Below, one piece after another: positions 25,101 through 34,705 of a stretch of 64,000 bases of DNA; positions within the stretch are counted from its first letter, which is position 1, and each line of letters opens with the position of its first letter. The notes below the pieces were generated by a model. The model had not been told where the DNA came from. It saw only the letters and a program-made list of their open reading frames with translations, and did no database searches. This DNA comes from Bacteroidales bacterium. Lineage in GTDB: Bacteria; Bacteroidota; Bacteroidia; Bacteroidales; UBA1402. The stretch spans positions 379,175 to 443,174 of the forward strand of contig JAFUDT010000013.1 of assembly GCA_017464285.1 (NCBI GenBank). The letters are read 5' to 3'. A program made the position numbers and the translations under genes.

Positions 25101-25136
25101 GACACCCCCCGAAAGCAGCTGCCTTCGGGGGGTGTC
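25101..25136. terminator. Strong hairpin between convergent genes (probable bidirectional terminator)
   Basis: GACACCCCCCGAA (25101-25113) pairs with TTCGGGGGGTGTC (25124-25136), 10-nt loop. Confidence 0.5.
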
Positions 25137-25161
25137 GTTGTCGTCGCAAAAAACGGTCGGA

Positions 25162-26826
25162 CTATTTCATCAGCCGGCCTTTTTTCTTGGCCAGGGTGTC
25201 GTGGTTGTTCTTGAGGTTGGTCCAATCGACTTTCTTCTTGGGATTGATGCCGTTGATGTACTTCTCGATGTTGGTGTAGCCGTCACCGTTGCAGTCCTTG
25301 ACAGCATCGCTCGGATCGTTGGGATTCAGGCCGTACTTGATTTCCCAGGCATCGGGCATGCCGTCCTTGTCGGTATCGACATAGGGAGTGCCCTTGTACT
25401 CGGGATAGCCGCCCACCTGCGAAACGTCGGTGATGATGCCCTTCTTGTAGGAATCCTGCGGCAGGCGGCGATACTGGAACTGATAGTAGTCGATCTCGTC
25501 GGCCTTGGGATCGTAATAGACCTCGTCGGTCTTGATCTGGTGGATGATACGCTCATCGACGATGTCGCGCTTGGGATAGAGGGCGCCGGCATTGGCCAGG
25601 ACAAACTTATAGGCCTGCTTGGCCGTCATGATGGTCACCGGAGCCATCTCCTTCATCTTGTCCGAACGGATAAAGGCCAGGTCTTCGGCCGAGTGGCCGT
25701 CCTGCACACCGCCGTTCCAGTTGTTCTTGGTCACCGTGTCGTTGCCTTCGACGATGTTACCCTCGACATAGGCCCAATGGGGCGTGCGGCCGCGGCCGTT
25801 GGCACGGAACACACGATAGGCGATCGGCTCGTCCTTGGGGGTGACAGGACCCGGCTTGAAGTAGTTGTTGAACACATTGTAGGAGTGTCCGGCTCCGTCG
25901 CCCGTGCGGTGGTACCAGTTGTAGATGATGTTGTTCAGGTAGTTGAACTCGCTGCTCGACATCGAAGGGTTACGACCGGTGTTGTTGGCCCAGATATTGC
26001 GGGCGAAGGTATTGTTGATACCGCCGATGGTGCTGCCGAAGGAATGGTTGTAGGTGTCCAGCCCCTGGGCCGAGATGGAGTTCTGGATGGTCACGTTGAC
26101 GGTCATCAGCTTCTGGGCAGGGCCGCCCGTTTCAGGCTGGTACATGTAGCGGTAGAAGGAGATGTTCTCGTCCAGACCCCAGCTGCACGACAGGTGGTCG
26201 AGCATGATGTTGCCGATGGGGTTGCCGCCGATGCAGTCGTCGCGACGGCCCACGTTGGTCTCGCCGCGGCGGAAGCGCATGTGACGGATCACCACATCGT
26301 GGGTGTCGATCCAGACAGATTCACCGGCCACGCAGACACCGTCGCCGGGAGCCGTCTGACCGGCAATGGTGATGTACGGCGACTTGACGATGAGCGGGGT
26401 CTTCAGGCGGATGATGCCGGCCACGTTGAAGACCACGATACGGGCACCGCCCTGTTCGCAGGCCCAACGGAACGAACCTTCGCCGTCGTCATTGAGGTTG
26501 GTCACGGTCAGCACCTTGCCGCCGCGGCCGCCGGGAGTCCACATGGCACCGCCTTCGGCACCGGGAAACGCGGGAATGTCACACTTGACCAGGTCCGACG
26601 GCTTGCGGGCGCAGGGCACATAGGGACGGCCCATGGCAGCCTCCTTGTCGCGGATGGCCTTGAAGGAGTTGAAAATGGAGTCGGAGCGCTCTTTGGCCTT
26701 GGCGATCATGGCCTCGGAAGCGGCGGCTATTTCGGGCGGCACGCTCGGGTACTGTGCCCGGGCCTCAGGAGCCTGCATCAACATCATGGCGCCCAGGAGG
26801 GCGCACGTCATCGCTGTTTTTTTCAT
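25162..26826 (-). CDS. Pectate lyase (PL1-like right-handed beta-helix) with C-terminal Ca-binding-type repeats
   Basis: I place the start at MKKTAMTCALLGAMM (ATG at 26826). Core ...FPGAEGGAMWTPGGRGGKVLTVTNLNDDGEGSFRWA...ITIAGQTAPGDG...IRHMRFRRG...DHLSCSWGLDEN...; tail DTDKDGMPDAWE...DCNGDGYTNIEKY. Confidence 0.8.
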   Translation of the reverse strand: MKKTAMTCALLGAMMLMQAPEARAQYPSVPPEIAAASEAMIAKAKERSDSIFNSFKAIRDKEAAMGRPYVPCARKPSDLVKCDIPAFPGAEGGAMWTPGGRGGKVLTVTNLNDDGEGSFRWACEQGGARIVVFNVAGIIRLKTPLIVKSPYITIAGQTAPGDGVCVAGESVWIDTHDVVIRHMRFRRGETNVGRRDDCIGGNPIGNIMLDHLSCSWGLDENISFYRYMYQPETGGPAQKLMTVNVTIQNSISAQGLDTYNHSFGSTIGGINNTFARNIWANNTGRNPSMSSSEFNYLNNIIYNWYHRTGDGAGHSYNVFNNYFKPGPVTPKDEPIAYRVFRANGRGRTPHWAYVEGNIVEGNDTVTKNNWNGGVQDGHSAEDLAFIRSDKMKEMAPVTIMTAKQAYKFVLANAGALYPKRDIVDERIIHQIKTDEVYYDPKADEIDYYQFQYRRLPQDSYKKGIITDVSQVGGYPEYKGTPYVDTDKDGMPDAWEIKYGLNPNDPSDAVKDCNGDGYTNIEKYINGINPKKKVDWTNLKNNHDTLAKKKGRLMK

Positions 26827-27092
26827 AATTGTATTGTTTATAGGTTGGTTATCGTTCTGTCTGTGGCAGACTTGCGGACAAATGTAGAGACAGCATAACA
26901 CAATATCAAGCCAATAATATTTAAATGACATAAACTGCCTTAACGCGCCTGCCCCCGGCCCGTCCCATGCCGGAAAGACAAGGGAGGGGCCGGGGGCAGG
27001 GAAGGGTAGCGGGCCGAAAGCGAAAGGCTGGGTATAGAACCCGTCCTTCCGGAATTATACTGCTTTGATCTCCATAACGGTCGTCTCGCGGT

Positions 27093-27491
27093 TTAGAATG
27101 CAATGGTTTCGACGAGTTCCATCATCTTGAAGAAATCGGCCTTGGCGTCCTTCAGATAGTACATCACGCCATTCTCGCCGTTTTCGCCGAGGGCTGGTTT
27201 CAGTACGGGCATCTTGTCGACCAGTGCCCTGCCCACCTCGGGACGGTTGTCCTCGACGAGCTTGCACTCGATGCGCAGCGTCTGTCCCTTGAAGGCGCAA
27301 ATCTCCACCTTCCGGTTTGCGGCAATCTGTCGTGTGGCATTTGTATGGCCGAATGCCATGATGTAGATTTTCTCCTCGAAGAAGAGCATGGCACCGTAGG
27401 GACGTACGCGCGGCTGGTCGCCTTCTGCCGTAGCGAGATAGAACGTTCCGGCTTTCTCCAGGAAATCGTAGACTTTCTTTGCTGCTTCCAT
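27093..27491 (-). CDS. Pyridoxamine 5'-phosphate oxidase-like (flavin-binding split-barrel) protein
   Basis: 132 aa; ...FYLATAEGDQPRVRPYG... pattern typical of the PNPOx-like family. Confidence 0.7.
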   Translation of the reverse strand: MEAAKKVYDFLEKAGTFYLATAEGDQPRVRPYGAMLFFEEKIYIMAFGHTNATRQIAANRKVEICAFKGQTLRIECKLVEDNRPEVGRALVDKMPVLKPALGENGENGVMYYLKDAKADFFKMMELVETIAF

Positions 27492-27596
27492 TGTAATAAA
27501 GCCCCCCTTTTATCCCCCGAAGAGGAAGACCGTAGCAGGGGCGCGGGTCAGTCGGTTAATAAAAAATGCATCCCCTCAGGGAAATATGGAGAGGGG

Positions 27597-28058
27597 CTAC
27601 ATCATGGCCGTGAGGAAATTCTCGTAGCCCAGCTTGTCGATATAGTGCAGATACTGGGCCTCCCAGGCCATGTGGTCCTTCTCGCCGTCGATCCACTTGT
27701 AGATGAGTTTCTGCGTGGGGTAGTCGTCCTTGAAGGCTTCGGCCAGCTCGCTGAGCTCCCTGACGGCCTCGGGCTGATAGTCGGATTCGATCTGCTGTCT
27801 GGGATCGTCGTAGAAGGGAAACTCGACCGTCTTCATGGCCTCCTGCAGCTGGGCAGGCTTGCAGCCGAGCTCGACCAGGCGCTGCAGCACCTCTTCGGCC
27901 TCGTCCCATTCTTCCTCGGCCTCTTCCTTCCATTTGTCGGCCAGCTTGCTCCAGCCCTGCAGGCGGCAGTAGGCCGAGAAGGCGAAATGCTGTTTACTGT
28001 TTCCAAACCATACGGCGCCGAGTTCGGCGAACTTTTTCAATGCTTCTTGTTTAGTCAT
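27597..28058 (-). CDS. Ferritin-like four-helix-bundle protein (tentative)
   Basis: 153 aa, helical and acidic; spacing of E/H residues (EEAEEEWDEAEEVLQRL..., ...GEKDHMAWEAQYL) is reminiscent of ferritin-like proteins. Confidence 0.45.
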   Translation of the reverse strand: MTKQEALKKFAELGAVWFGNSKQHFAFSAYCRLQGWSKLADKWKEEAEEEWDEAEEVLQRLVELGCKPAQLQEAMKTVEFPFYDDPRQQIESDYQPEAVRELSELAEAFKDDYPTQKLIYKWIDGEKDHMAWEAQYLHYIDKLGYENFLTAMM

Positions 28059-28198
28059 AGTCGTTTTGTTTTTATATATAATGTGGCGCTAAGATAGCCT
28101 TGTTGCCTGACACGGCCGCTGTCCGAAACAATACAATATTTGTCCGGAACGATACAGTTCCGCCATCTTTTCTTATCTTTGCCGATCCGATTCCTGCT

Positions 28199-29101
28199 AT
28201 GTACACACTCAAGGAAAGCTGGCATGCGATGTTCGGCGCGATGCCGATGGACAACTGGGACGGCAAGATGTACTGCATCGAGACCGATGCGGCCAAGACT
28301 TTCCGCTCGAACGAGACGCAAGGCTTCCTCTCGGCCTACACCTTCACGCTGGTCACGCAAGGCTGGCTGACATTCATCTACAACGGCAAAGTCCTGACAC
28401 TCAATGCCGACGACCTCTATTTCTACTCGCCGGGGCTTTCGGTCACCATCGTCTCGGCCTCGGAAAACTACCGCGCCATCTGTCTTTTGGCCGACGAGCA
28501 CACGACCATCGACATGCCCACCGTGCGCGACCTGGTGGGCATTGCCTGCCTGCCCGTCGTGCAGCTGCACGAACCGAAGCTCACGCTGCCCCATGCCACG
28601 GCCCTGCACCTGGCCTCGCGGATGCGCGAGATCATCGCCTACCTGCACTCCGACCATCTCTACAGGCAGGAGACCCTGCGCATGCTCTACGCCCTCTTCC
28701 TGCTCGATGTGCAGAACGCCCAGCAGCGGGTCATCGTCCAACGGCCGATGACCAGGCGCGTGGAAGATATCTTCATCGGTTTCATCCGCCTGCTGCCCGC
28801 CCACTTTGCCCGGCACCGCGACATCGCCTTCTATGCCGGCCGGCTCAATATCTCGCCCGTCTATCTCTCGCGCGTGGTCCGTCAGGTGTCGGGACGCACC
28901 GTGGTCGACTATGTCAACCAGATGCTGCTCATGGAAGCCTCCTTCCTGCTGCGCACCTCGTCCTTGAGTGTCGCCCAGATAGCCGACCGACTCAACTTTG
29001 CCGACGCCTCCTCGTTCAGCAAGTTCTTCTCACGCCAGAAAGGAATGTCGCCCCGGCAGTTCAGGGCCGGGGCTGACACATTCGGATCTCGCTGTCAATA
29101 G
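28199..29101 (+). CDS. AraC family transcriptional regulator
   Basis: I place the start at MYTLKESW (ATG at 28199). C-terminal dual HTH ...YAGRLNISPVYLSRVVRQVSGRTVVDYVNQ...IADRLNFADASSFSKFFSRQKGMSPRQFR. Confidence 0.85.
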   Translation: MYTLKESWHAMFGAMPMDNWDGKMYCIETDAAKTFRSNETQGFLSAYTFTLVTQGWLTFIYNGKVLTLNADDLYFYSPGLSVTIVSASENYRAICLLADEHTTIDMPTVRDLVGIACLPVVQLHEPKLTLPHATALHLASRMREIIAYLHSDHLYRQETLRMLYALFLLDVQNAQQRVIVQRPMTRRVEDIFIGFIRLLPAHFARHRDIAFYAGRLNISPVYLSRVVRQVSGRTVVDYVNQMLLMEASFLLRTSSLSVAQIADRLNFADASSFSKFFSRQKGMSPRQFRAGADTFGSRCQ

Positions 29102-30831
29102 CCGGGATTCTGTGCGACCTTGGTTTGGTTCTTGTCGAGAGCATCCTGTGGAATCGGACGCAGTATCTTGTACTTGCCGTCGTCGCCCTTCATCTGTGCC
29201 TCCGTGACGCCGTCCTCATTGTAGGCGGTCACATACTCAACCAGCTTATGGGTACGTTTCAGATCAGTATAACGGACATATTCGCCGGCCATTTCACGGG
29301 CACGTTCGTCCAGGATGAAGTCGATGGTGATATCGCCGGCAGTCACATTCATGGCAGCTTCGAATCCGGTCTTGACAGTGCCCGGACGCCGGCGCAGTTT
29401 ATTGATCATGTCGGCGGCCTTGAGCTTGTCGTTGCACTGAAGGTATGCTTCTGCAGCAATCAGGTATGCTTCGCCAAGACGGGAAAGAACTACATCGTGG
29501 GTGCTACACGACGAAGAACGGTTGGCGATGGAAGCGGCCGTATAGTCGTCGAACTTCTTGATACAGGGAACGCCCAGGTCCATCGAACGCCGCTCTTTCC
29601 AGGTGGCGTTCACCTGAGTGGAGGGCCCGATACCGACATTGTCCAGCGTGGTCTTCGTAATAATGGTGTTGGCTTTCTGTCCGTAGGGGTCGTCGGCCCG
29701 CCAGGCGGCAATATCGGCATCTGTCGCCCAGGCGGGAGCGTAATAGGCGATAATGGGACTGGTCGGGTTGTTGTAGTAGTCGAAGTATTGAACCTGGCCT
29801 GCCCCCGTACCTGTGCCATGCAGCTCAAGCATGAATGTCTGCTCCAGACGGCCGTCTCCGCGGGTGTACAAATTCATCAGGCGGAAGAATGGCGATTCAT
29901 TGCCGTCGATAGCCTTGGCATTGGGCATTTCGGCACCGCCGAGATAGGCACCGAACTGGGCCTGCTGGTAGCTGCCGTCCGAACCGGGATTCTCAAGTGT
30001 GGCGGAATTGAACTGCACCGCCCAGAAAATTTCGGCATTGGATTCGTTATTGACATCAAAAGCATCTTCGATAGAGAGTGCGGGCAACTCGTCGTTAATG
30101 GTCTCCAGAGCATACTGGACCGCCTTCTGGAAGTCGGTACTCTGGGCAATGTTCTCTTCCTGTGCCTCGTAACCTTCTCCATTCAGCCAGCCGCGGGTCA
30201 GATAGGCCTTGGCCAGGAAAAAACTGGCGGCACGCTTGTTGGCGCGTCCCACGGCAGATTTTTCGACAAGAGAGGAATTGTGGGCCAGCTCGTCGAATTC
30301 GCTGATGATGAAATCATAGACCGTCTTCAGACTGGTACGTTCAAAATTCATTTCGGCCGAAGCATACATCTTTGTGTTGAGCGCTACGGGACCGAAATGC
30401 TGGACCAGCATGAAATAGGTCCAAGCCCGTATAAAGCGGGCTTCGTCAATGTATTGGCTGCGAACATTGCTCTCCTCTGTGGTCTCACCATAGGCAATGA
30501 CGCTGTTGGCTAATTGCACGGTCTTGAAAAGGTTGGTATAAAGAGTCAGCACATTGCCTTCGGTGGCTGTATGCTGGTAGTAGTTCATCGACACGCCGGA
30601 GGATTTGCCGTCTCCGAAAAGATCCGTACCGGCCGTGAGCGTGAGCGGAGACACACTGTAGATGGAACGCAGCGAACCATACATACTGTTGGTCAGGCTT
30701 TCAAAACCGTTTTTAGTCTTGTAGAAATCCGATGCTGCGACATTCGATTTGTTGTCTTGGTCCAGGAAACCGGAGCAGCTCGTGGCCAGGATGACAGCCA
30801 GGGCTGCAGCAATAATATGTCTTAGTTTCAT
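29095..30831 (-). CDS. SusD/RagB family nutrient-binding outer-membrane lipoprotein
   Basis: 578 aa; lipobox ILATSCSG; TPR-like SusD signatures (...RAWTYFMLVQHFG..., ...LSRLGEAYLIAAEA..., ends ...NPGY); directly downstream of a SusC gene. Confidence 0.9.
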   Translation of the reverse strand: MKLRHIIAAALAVILATSCSGFLDQDNKSNVAASDFYKTKNGFESLTNSMYGSLRSIYSVSPLTLTAGTDLFGDGKSSGVSMNYYQHTATEGNVLTLYTNLFKTVQLANSVIAYGETTEESNVRSQYIDEARFIRAWTYFMLVQHFGPVALNTKMYASAEMNFERTSLKTVYDFIISEFDELAHNSSLVEKSAVGRANKRAASFFLAKAYLTRGWLNGEGYEAQEENIAQSTDFQKAVQYALETINDELPALSIEDAFDVNNESNAEIFWAVQFNSATLENPGSDGSYQQAQFGAYLGGAEMPNAKAIDGNESPFFRLMNLYTRGDGRLEQTFMLELHGTGTGAGQVQYFDYYNNPTSPIIAYYAPAWATDADIAAWRADDPYGQKANTIITKTTLDNVGIGPSTQVNATWKERRSMDLGVPCIKKFDDYTAASIANRSSSCSTHDVVLSRLGEAYLIAAEAYLQCNDKLKAADMINKLRRRPGTVKTGFEAAMNVTAGDITIDFILDERAREMAGEYVRYTDLKRTHKLVEYVTAYNEDGVTEAQMKGDDGKYKILRPIPQDALDKNQTKVAQNPGY

Positions 30832-30843
30832 AGCTTCTTTTTT

Positions 30844-33800
30844 TTAGAATTTGAGATTAGCGCCGATTTGACAACTTCTTGATGCAGGACCGCCCTGACC
30901 GTTGTTGATACGGGAGGCAGCCCATTCAGGATCGAATCCTCTATAGGAGGTGAAGGTGAAAGGATTGACAATGTTTATGTACAGACGTGCATGGGAGATG
31001 CCTGTTTTTTCAATCCATTTTCCGGGGCAGGAATAGCCCAAAACGATGTTCTTGACTTTGGTGAAGGAATTATCGACAAACCATTGCGAGCCATTGCTGC
31101 CAGTAACCCAAAACGGACCGCAGCCCTTGTTGTTGCCCGAGTTGGTCGGGAATGGGTAGCTGCCGTAATGGGTTTCGGTTGTCGTGTGGAGTTCGCCGTC
31201 GTCGCCCAGGGCCGGAACGCCTGCGGGTACATACAGATCCATCGACAGACGCTGCATGCCACGCTGGCTGTAATCGGTGAATTCTTGCATGAATGGACTG
31301 AAAACAGTGCTGCCCTGACTGGTATAGATGTTGAATGAGAAGTCGATATTCTTCCATGTCAAGTAGGAATTGATGCTGCCCGTCCATGTCGGTTCGACAT
31401 GTCCCTGCACACGGCGGTCATTCGGATCGATCACTCCGTCGTGGTTCATGTCCTTGACAAGATACTCACCCTCATGGAATTTGGTGATTTTCGAAGCGTC
31501 GGCAGCATAGGCGCGAGCCTGCTCGGCTGTACAGATGCCGTCGGGCACATAGCCATAGACAACATCAATGGGCTGGCCGATAAACCATCCGTTGCCGGTC
31601 ATATCCATGTCCTTGCGGCCGTTCAGCTCGAGAATCTCGTTCTTGTTGTGAGCGAAAGTGAAGCTGGTTGTCCATTGCCAGTCCCTGTGCTGGATGTTGA
31701 CAGTGTTCAACTGGATTTCAACGCCTTGGTTACGCACCTTGCCCACATTGCCCCAGATAGCACCGGTGTTCGAGCCCATTTCGAGCGGAGTCTCCATTTC
31801 CATCAGCAGGTCGCTGGAGGTCCGGGAATAGACATCGATGGAGCCCGTAATCCGGTTCCTGAAGCAGCCGAAGTCCAGGCCGGCATCATATTCGCGGGTC
31901 TTTTCCCATGTCAAATCGCTGTTGGCCAACTCGTAGCCATAACCATTGGCAACGGATCCGCCGAAATTGTAATAATATTTGGAATTGGCCAGCAACTGGG
32001 TCTGGTAGGCACCTACAGCACCGTTGTTACCAGTGATGCCGAAACTGAGACGCAGCTTGAGGTTGCTCAGCCAGTCATCGCTGCCTTCCATAAAAGATTC
32101 TTCAGAAAGACGCCATGCTGCTGCGGCCGAGGGGAACATGCCCCAGCGCCTGCCTGCCTGGAACTTGGAGCTGCCGTCCCAGCGTGAAGACATTGTCAGA
32201 TAGTAACGGTTCATGTAGTCGTAGTTCAGCCGAAGGACATAGGACAACATCGAAATCTTCTCATAGTTACTGCCGATCCTTTCGACCGTCGAAGCAGAGC
32301 CGAGATTGTACCAGTCGACATCGAAAGGCATGTCCGTGGCGGCCAGTTCTTTCGACTCAAAACGCTGGTGATAGACACTGACCAGCCCCAGCGCATTGAG
32401 CGTGTGGCCGGCAAAGGACTTGATGTAGTTTGCCTGAGAATCCCAGGTATAGGAGAAGTACTCATGGTCGTCGGTGACAACCCGGTTGGTCTTGTTGTAG
32501 CGGGCCTGCGATTTACTGCCTTGAAACTGCCCGCGGCTGCGTGAGCTGTACATCGGTGCCAGCGTGCTTTTCAGGATGACTTCCCTGACAGGGGAGAACT
32601 GGAGGTAGATGTTGGACATGACATCGTAACGACGGGAGTTGTCCTTGGTGTTCTCCCTGTCAAGGATAGGATTGACGGTCGATGTCGGACCGCCGCCGTC
32701 GGGATAGATGGCGGCATCCTTGCCAGGCTGCTCAATGGGCAGGCCGATGTTGTCGCCCTCCCAATAGCGGGCAGGGAAAACAGGGGACATGCGGAAACCG
32801 TTCATAATGGCGTTGGCGCTGCCGCTTTCCTTCAAGGAAGTCGCCAGATTGACAAAAGCACCTGTTGACCAGTGTCCGTCGATCAGATGATCGACGGCTG
32901 CCTTCATGTTCCAACGCTCGTAGTCGTCGTAGAGCACACCTTTTTCCTGCTGGTAGCCCAGTCCGACCCGATAGCTGAAATCTTTGCTGCTGCCGGTGAT
33001 GTTGACGAAGTGGTTTTGTTCAAGTCCTCTGCGTGTCACTTCACCGACCCAGTCGGTGTAGTCGTTATTGATGAACTGGTCCTTCCATTTCGGACTGAAG
33101 TTGCACCAGACAAGTTTCCAGTTGGCATCCGTCAGTTCCCAGTGAGAATCGCCGTCGGCATCGAAAGTGGTATTGGCGAAGTAACGGAAAGTACGCCATT
33201 TCATCCATTCATTACCATCCATGAAATCAGGCATGTTGGCAGTATTCCTGACTCCGTAGTAGCCGTCGTAGCTGACAATGGCCTTGGCCGCACTGCCCAT
33301 GGCGGTACCTTTCTTGGTCGTAATCATCAGCACGCCGTTGGTGGCACGAGAACCGTAAATGGCCGTTGAGGAGGCATCCTTCAGGACGTCGACTTTGTCA
33401 ATGTCCATAGGATTGAGGAAATCAATATTGTCGCAGACGATTCCATCGACGACATAAAGAGGATCGCCTCCCTGCAGAGAGCTTTTGCCCCGGATCTGCA
33501 TGCTGAAGCCATCGCCTGCACGGCTTGATGTCTGGCTTATATTGACGCCGGCTATTGTCCCCTGCAGTCCTCCGGCCAGATTGGTCACCCCCTTGGCTAC
33601 AATCTTTTCGGCATGGATGCTGCCCACGGCGCCGGTCAAGTCGCTTTTCCTGACAACGCCATAGCCGACCAGAATCAGCTCGTCGAGCTGCTTGCTGTCT
33701 TCCTGCATGACAACATTGATCACATTTTGATTCCCTACAGCCACATTCTGCTGAATATACCCGATATAGGTAAACTTCAACACAGCGTTGTCCGGAACTT

Positions 33801-33987
33801 CCCGAATGGAATAACGGCCATTCGCATCAGTAGTGGTTCCCCTTGATGTGCCGTCGATTACAACGCTCACACCAATCATCGACTCGCCGCTTGCATTCCT
33901 GACTGTACCGGTGACAGTCCTTTGGGCGAAGCCAGTCAGTCCTAATGCGCATAGCATTACGACCAAGAGAAATCTTCTTTTCTGCAT
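30844..33987 (-). CDS. SusC/RagA family TonB-linked outer-membrane transporter
   Basis: 1047 aa; carboxypeptidase-regulatory-like N-domain (GTVRNASGESMIGVSVVIDGTSRGTTTDANGRYSI), plug (AGVNISQTSSRAGDG...IRG), C-terminal ...IGANLKF. Confidence 0.93.
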   Translation of the reverse strand: MQKRRFLLVVMLCALGLTGFAQRTVTGTVRNASGESMIGVSVVIDGTSRGTTTDANGRYSIREVPDNAVLKFTYIGYIQQNVAVGNQNVINVVMQEDSKQLDELILVGYGVVRKSDLTGAVGSIHAEKIVAKGVTNLAGGLQGTIAGVNISQTSSRAGDGFSMQIRGKSSLQGGDPLYVVDGIVCDNIDFLNPMDIDKVDVLKDASSTAIYGSRATNGVLMITTKKGTAMGSAAKAIVSYDGYYGVRNTANMPDFMDGNEWMKWRTFRYFANTTFDADGDSHWELTDANWKLVWCNFSPKWKDQFINNDYTDWVGEVTRRGLEQNHFVNITGSSKDFSYRVGLGYQQEKGVLYDDYERWNMKAAVDHLIDGHWSTGAFVNLATSLKESGSANAIMNGFRMSPVFPARYWEGDNIGLPIEQPGKDAAIYPDGGGPTSTVNPILDRENTKDNSRRYDVMSNIYLQFSPVREVILKSTLAPMYSSRSRGQFQGSKSQARYNKTNRVVTDDHEYFSYTWDSQANYIKSFAGHTLNALGLVSVYHQRFESKELAATDMPFDVDWYNLGSASTVERIGSNYEKISMLSYVLRLNYDYMNRYYLTMSSRWDGSSKFQAGRRWGMFPSAAAAWRLSEESFMEGSDDWLSNLKLRLSFGITGNNGAVGAYQTQLLANSKYYYNFGGSVANGYGYELANSDLTWEKTREYDAGLDFGCFRNRITGSIDVYSRTSSDLLMEMETPLEMGSNTGAIWGNVGKVRNQGVEIQLNTVNIQHRDWQWTTSFTFAHNKNEILELNGRKDMDMTGNGWFIGQPIDVVYGYVPDGICTAEQARAYAADASKITKFHEGEYLVKDMNHDGVIDPNDRRVQGHVEPTWTGSINSYLTWKNIDFSFNIYTSQGSTVFSPFMQEFTDYSQRGMQRLSMDLYVPAGVPALGDDGELHTTTETHYGSYPFPTNSGNNKGCGPFWVTGSNGSQWFVDNSFTKVKNIVLGYSCPGKWIEKTGISHARLYINIVNPFTFTSYRGFDPEWAASRINNGQGGPASRSCQIGANLKF

Positions 33988-34000
33988 GTCGGTTTTAATT

Positions 34001-34050
34001 GAAGGTTGTTAGTTAGGTTTTGGATGAAGGTTGTTAGTTAGGTTTTGGAT
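34001..34050. repeat. Perfect 2 x 25-bp tandem duplication just upstream of the susC-like start codon
   Basis: GAAGGTTGTTAGTTAGGTTTTGGAT at 34001-34025 and again at 34026-34050. Confidence 0.97.
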
Positions 34051-34177
34051 AGATAATTGGATTTCTGATAGATAGATACTTGGCGTTGGAATATGAAGTC
34101 ATCAAATGTGCTTTTCATGTGGTGCAATTTTAATAATAATATCTGAGAATGCAAAATTTTGGCAATAAAAAAATTAC

Positions 34178-34208
34178 GGAGCCGATTTCAGCGGCCGTCC
34201 GGCATGCC
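34178..34208 (+). repeat. Partial copy (F) of the hairpin-repeat family (3' arm plus start of tail)
   Basis: GGAGCCGATTTCAGCGGCCGTCCGGCATGCC aligns with copy B GAGCCCCGATTTCAGCAGCCGG(GATGGTT)CCCGGCATGCC. Confidence 0.7.
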
Positions 34209-34705
34209 TCAGACATTGCTGTTCCGCCCCCAGACCCCCAACCGCCGGCGCATCCGGGTGGAGTGGGGGGCTTTCGAAAGTACTTCTGAAAGTAGCGCCA
34301 CCGGTGGCAATCGGGGTTTCGGACAGCCGTGGCAGGAAGAAACCCTTCTCGATAGTGTACCCGTCCGATGAACTGTAGAGCGCAGGCCTGGCCTGTTTTA
34401 ATGGCTGATGTCAGCTAAGTGACGGATGGTTCTACGGCACACGCTTACGGAGCAGGCACCGAACCCTTAAATAATTCCCGCAAGAATGTTATTCCTGCTT
34501 GAATAATTGTCGGAATTCACTTATTTTTGTGTCGATTCATGCAGTGAAGATAAACGGCGAAAAAGCGTGTATTTATAATTGCACGTCTCAAGTATTGTTA
34601 CGAGTTGATTTTTTTTATTTGTGAAAGACAATGGAATGCTTTCGATGTAATCTTTCAGCAGATCGGTTTACAGCTACCCACTCTCGTTAAGTAATTTTAA
34701 GAAGG

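Noticed and set aside
34159-34371. 70-aa ORF in the GC-rich junction block, and possible RNase P / tmRNA / SRP / riboswitch identity of the block
   Set aside because: The ORF has no coding-like composition or start context. I found none of the diagnostic strings (GAGGAAAGTCC for RNase P, a tmRNA tag ORF with a tRNA-like end, the SRP GGAA/AGCA motif context, a B12 box). It is left as unassigned in the findings.
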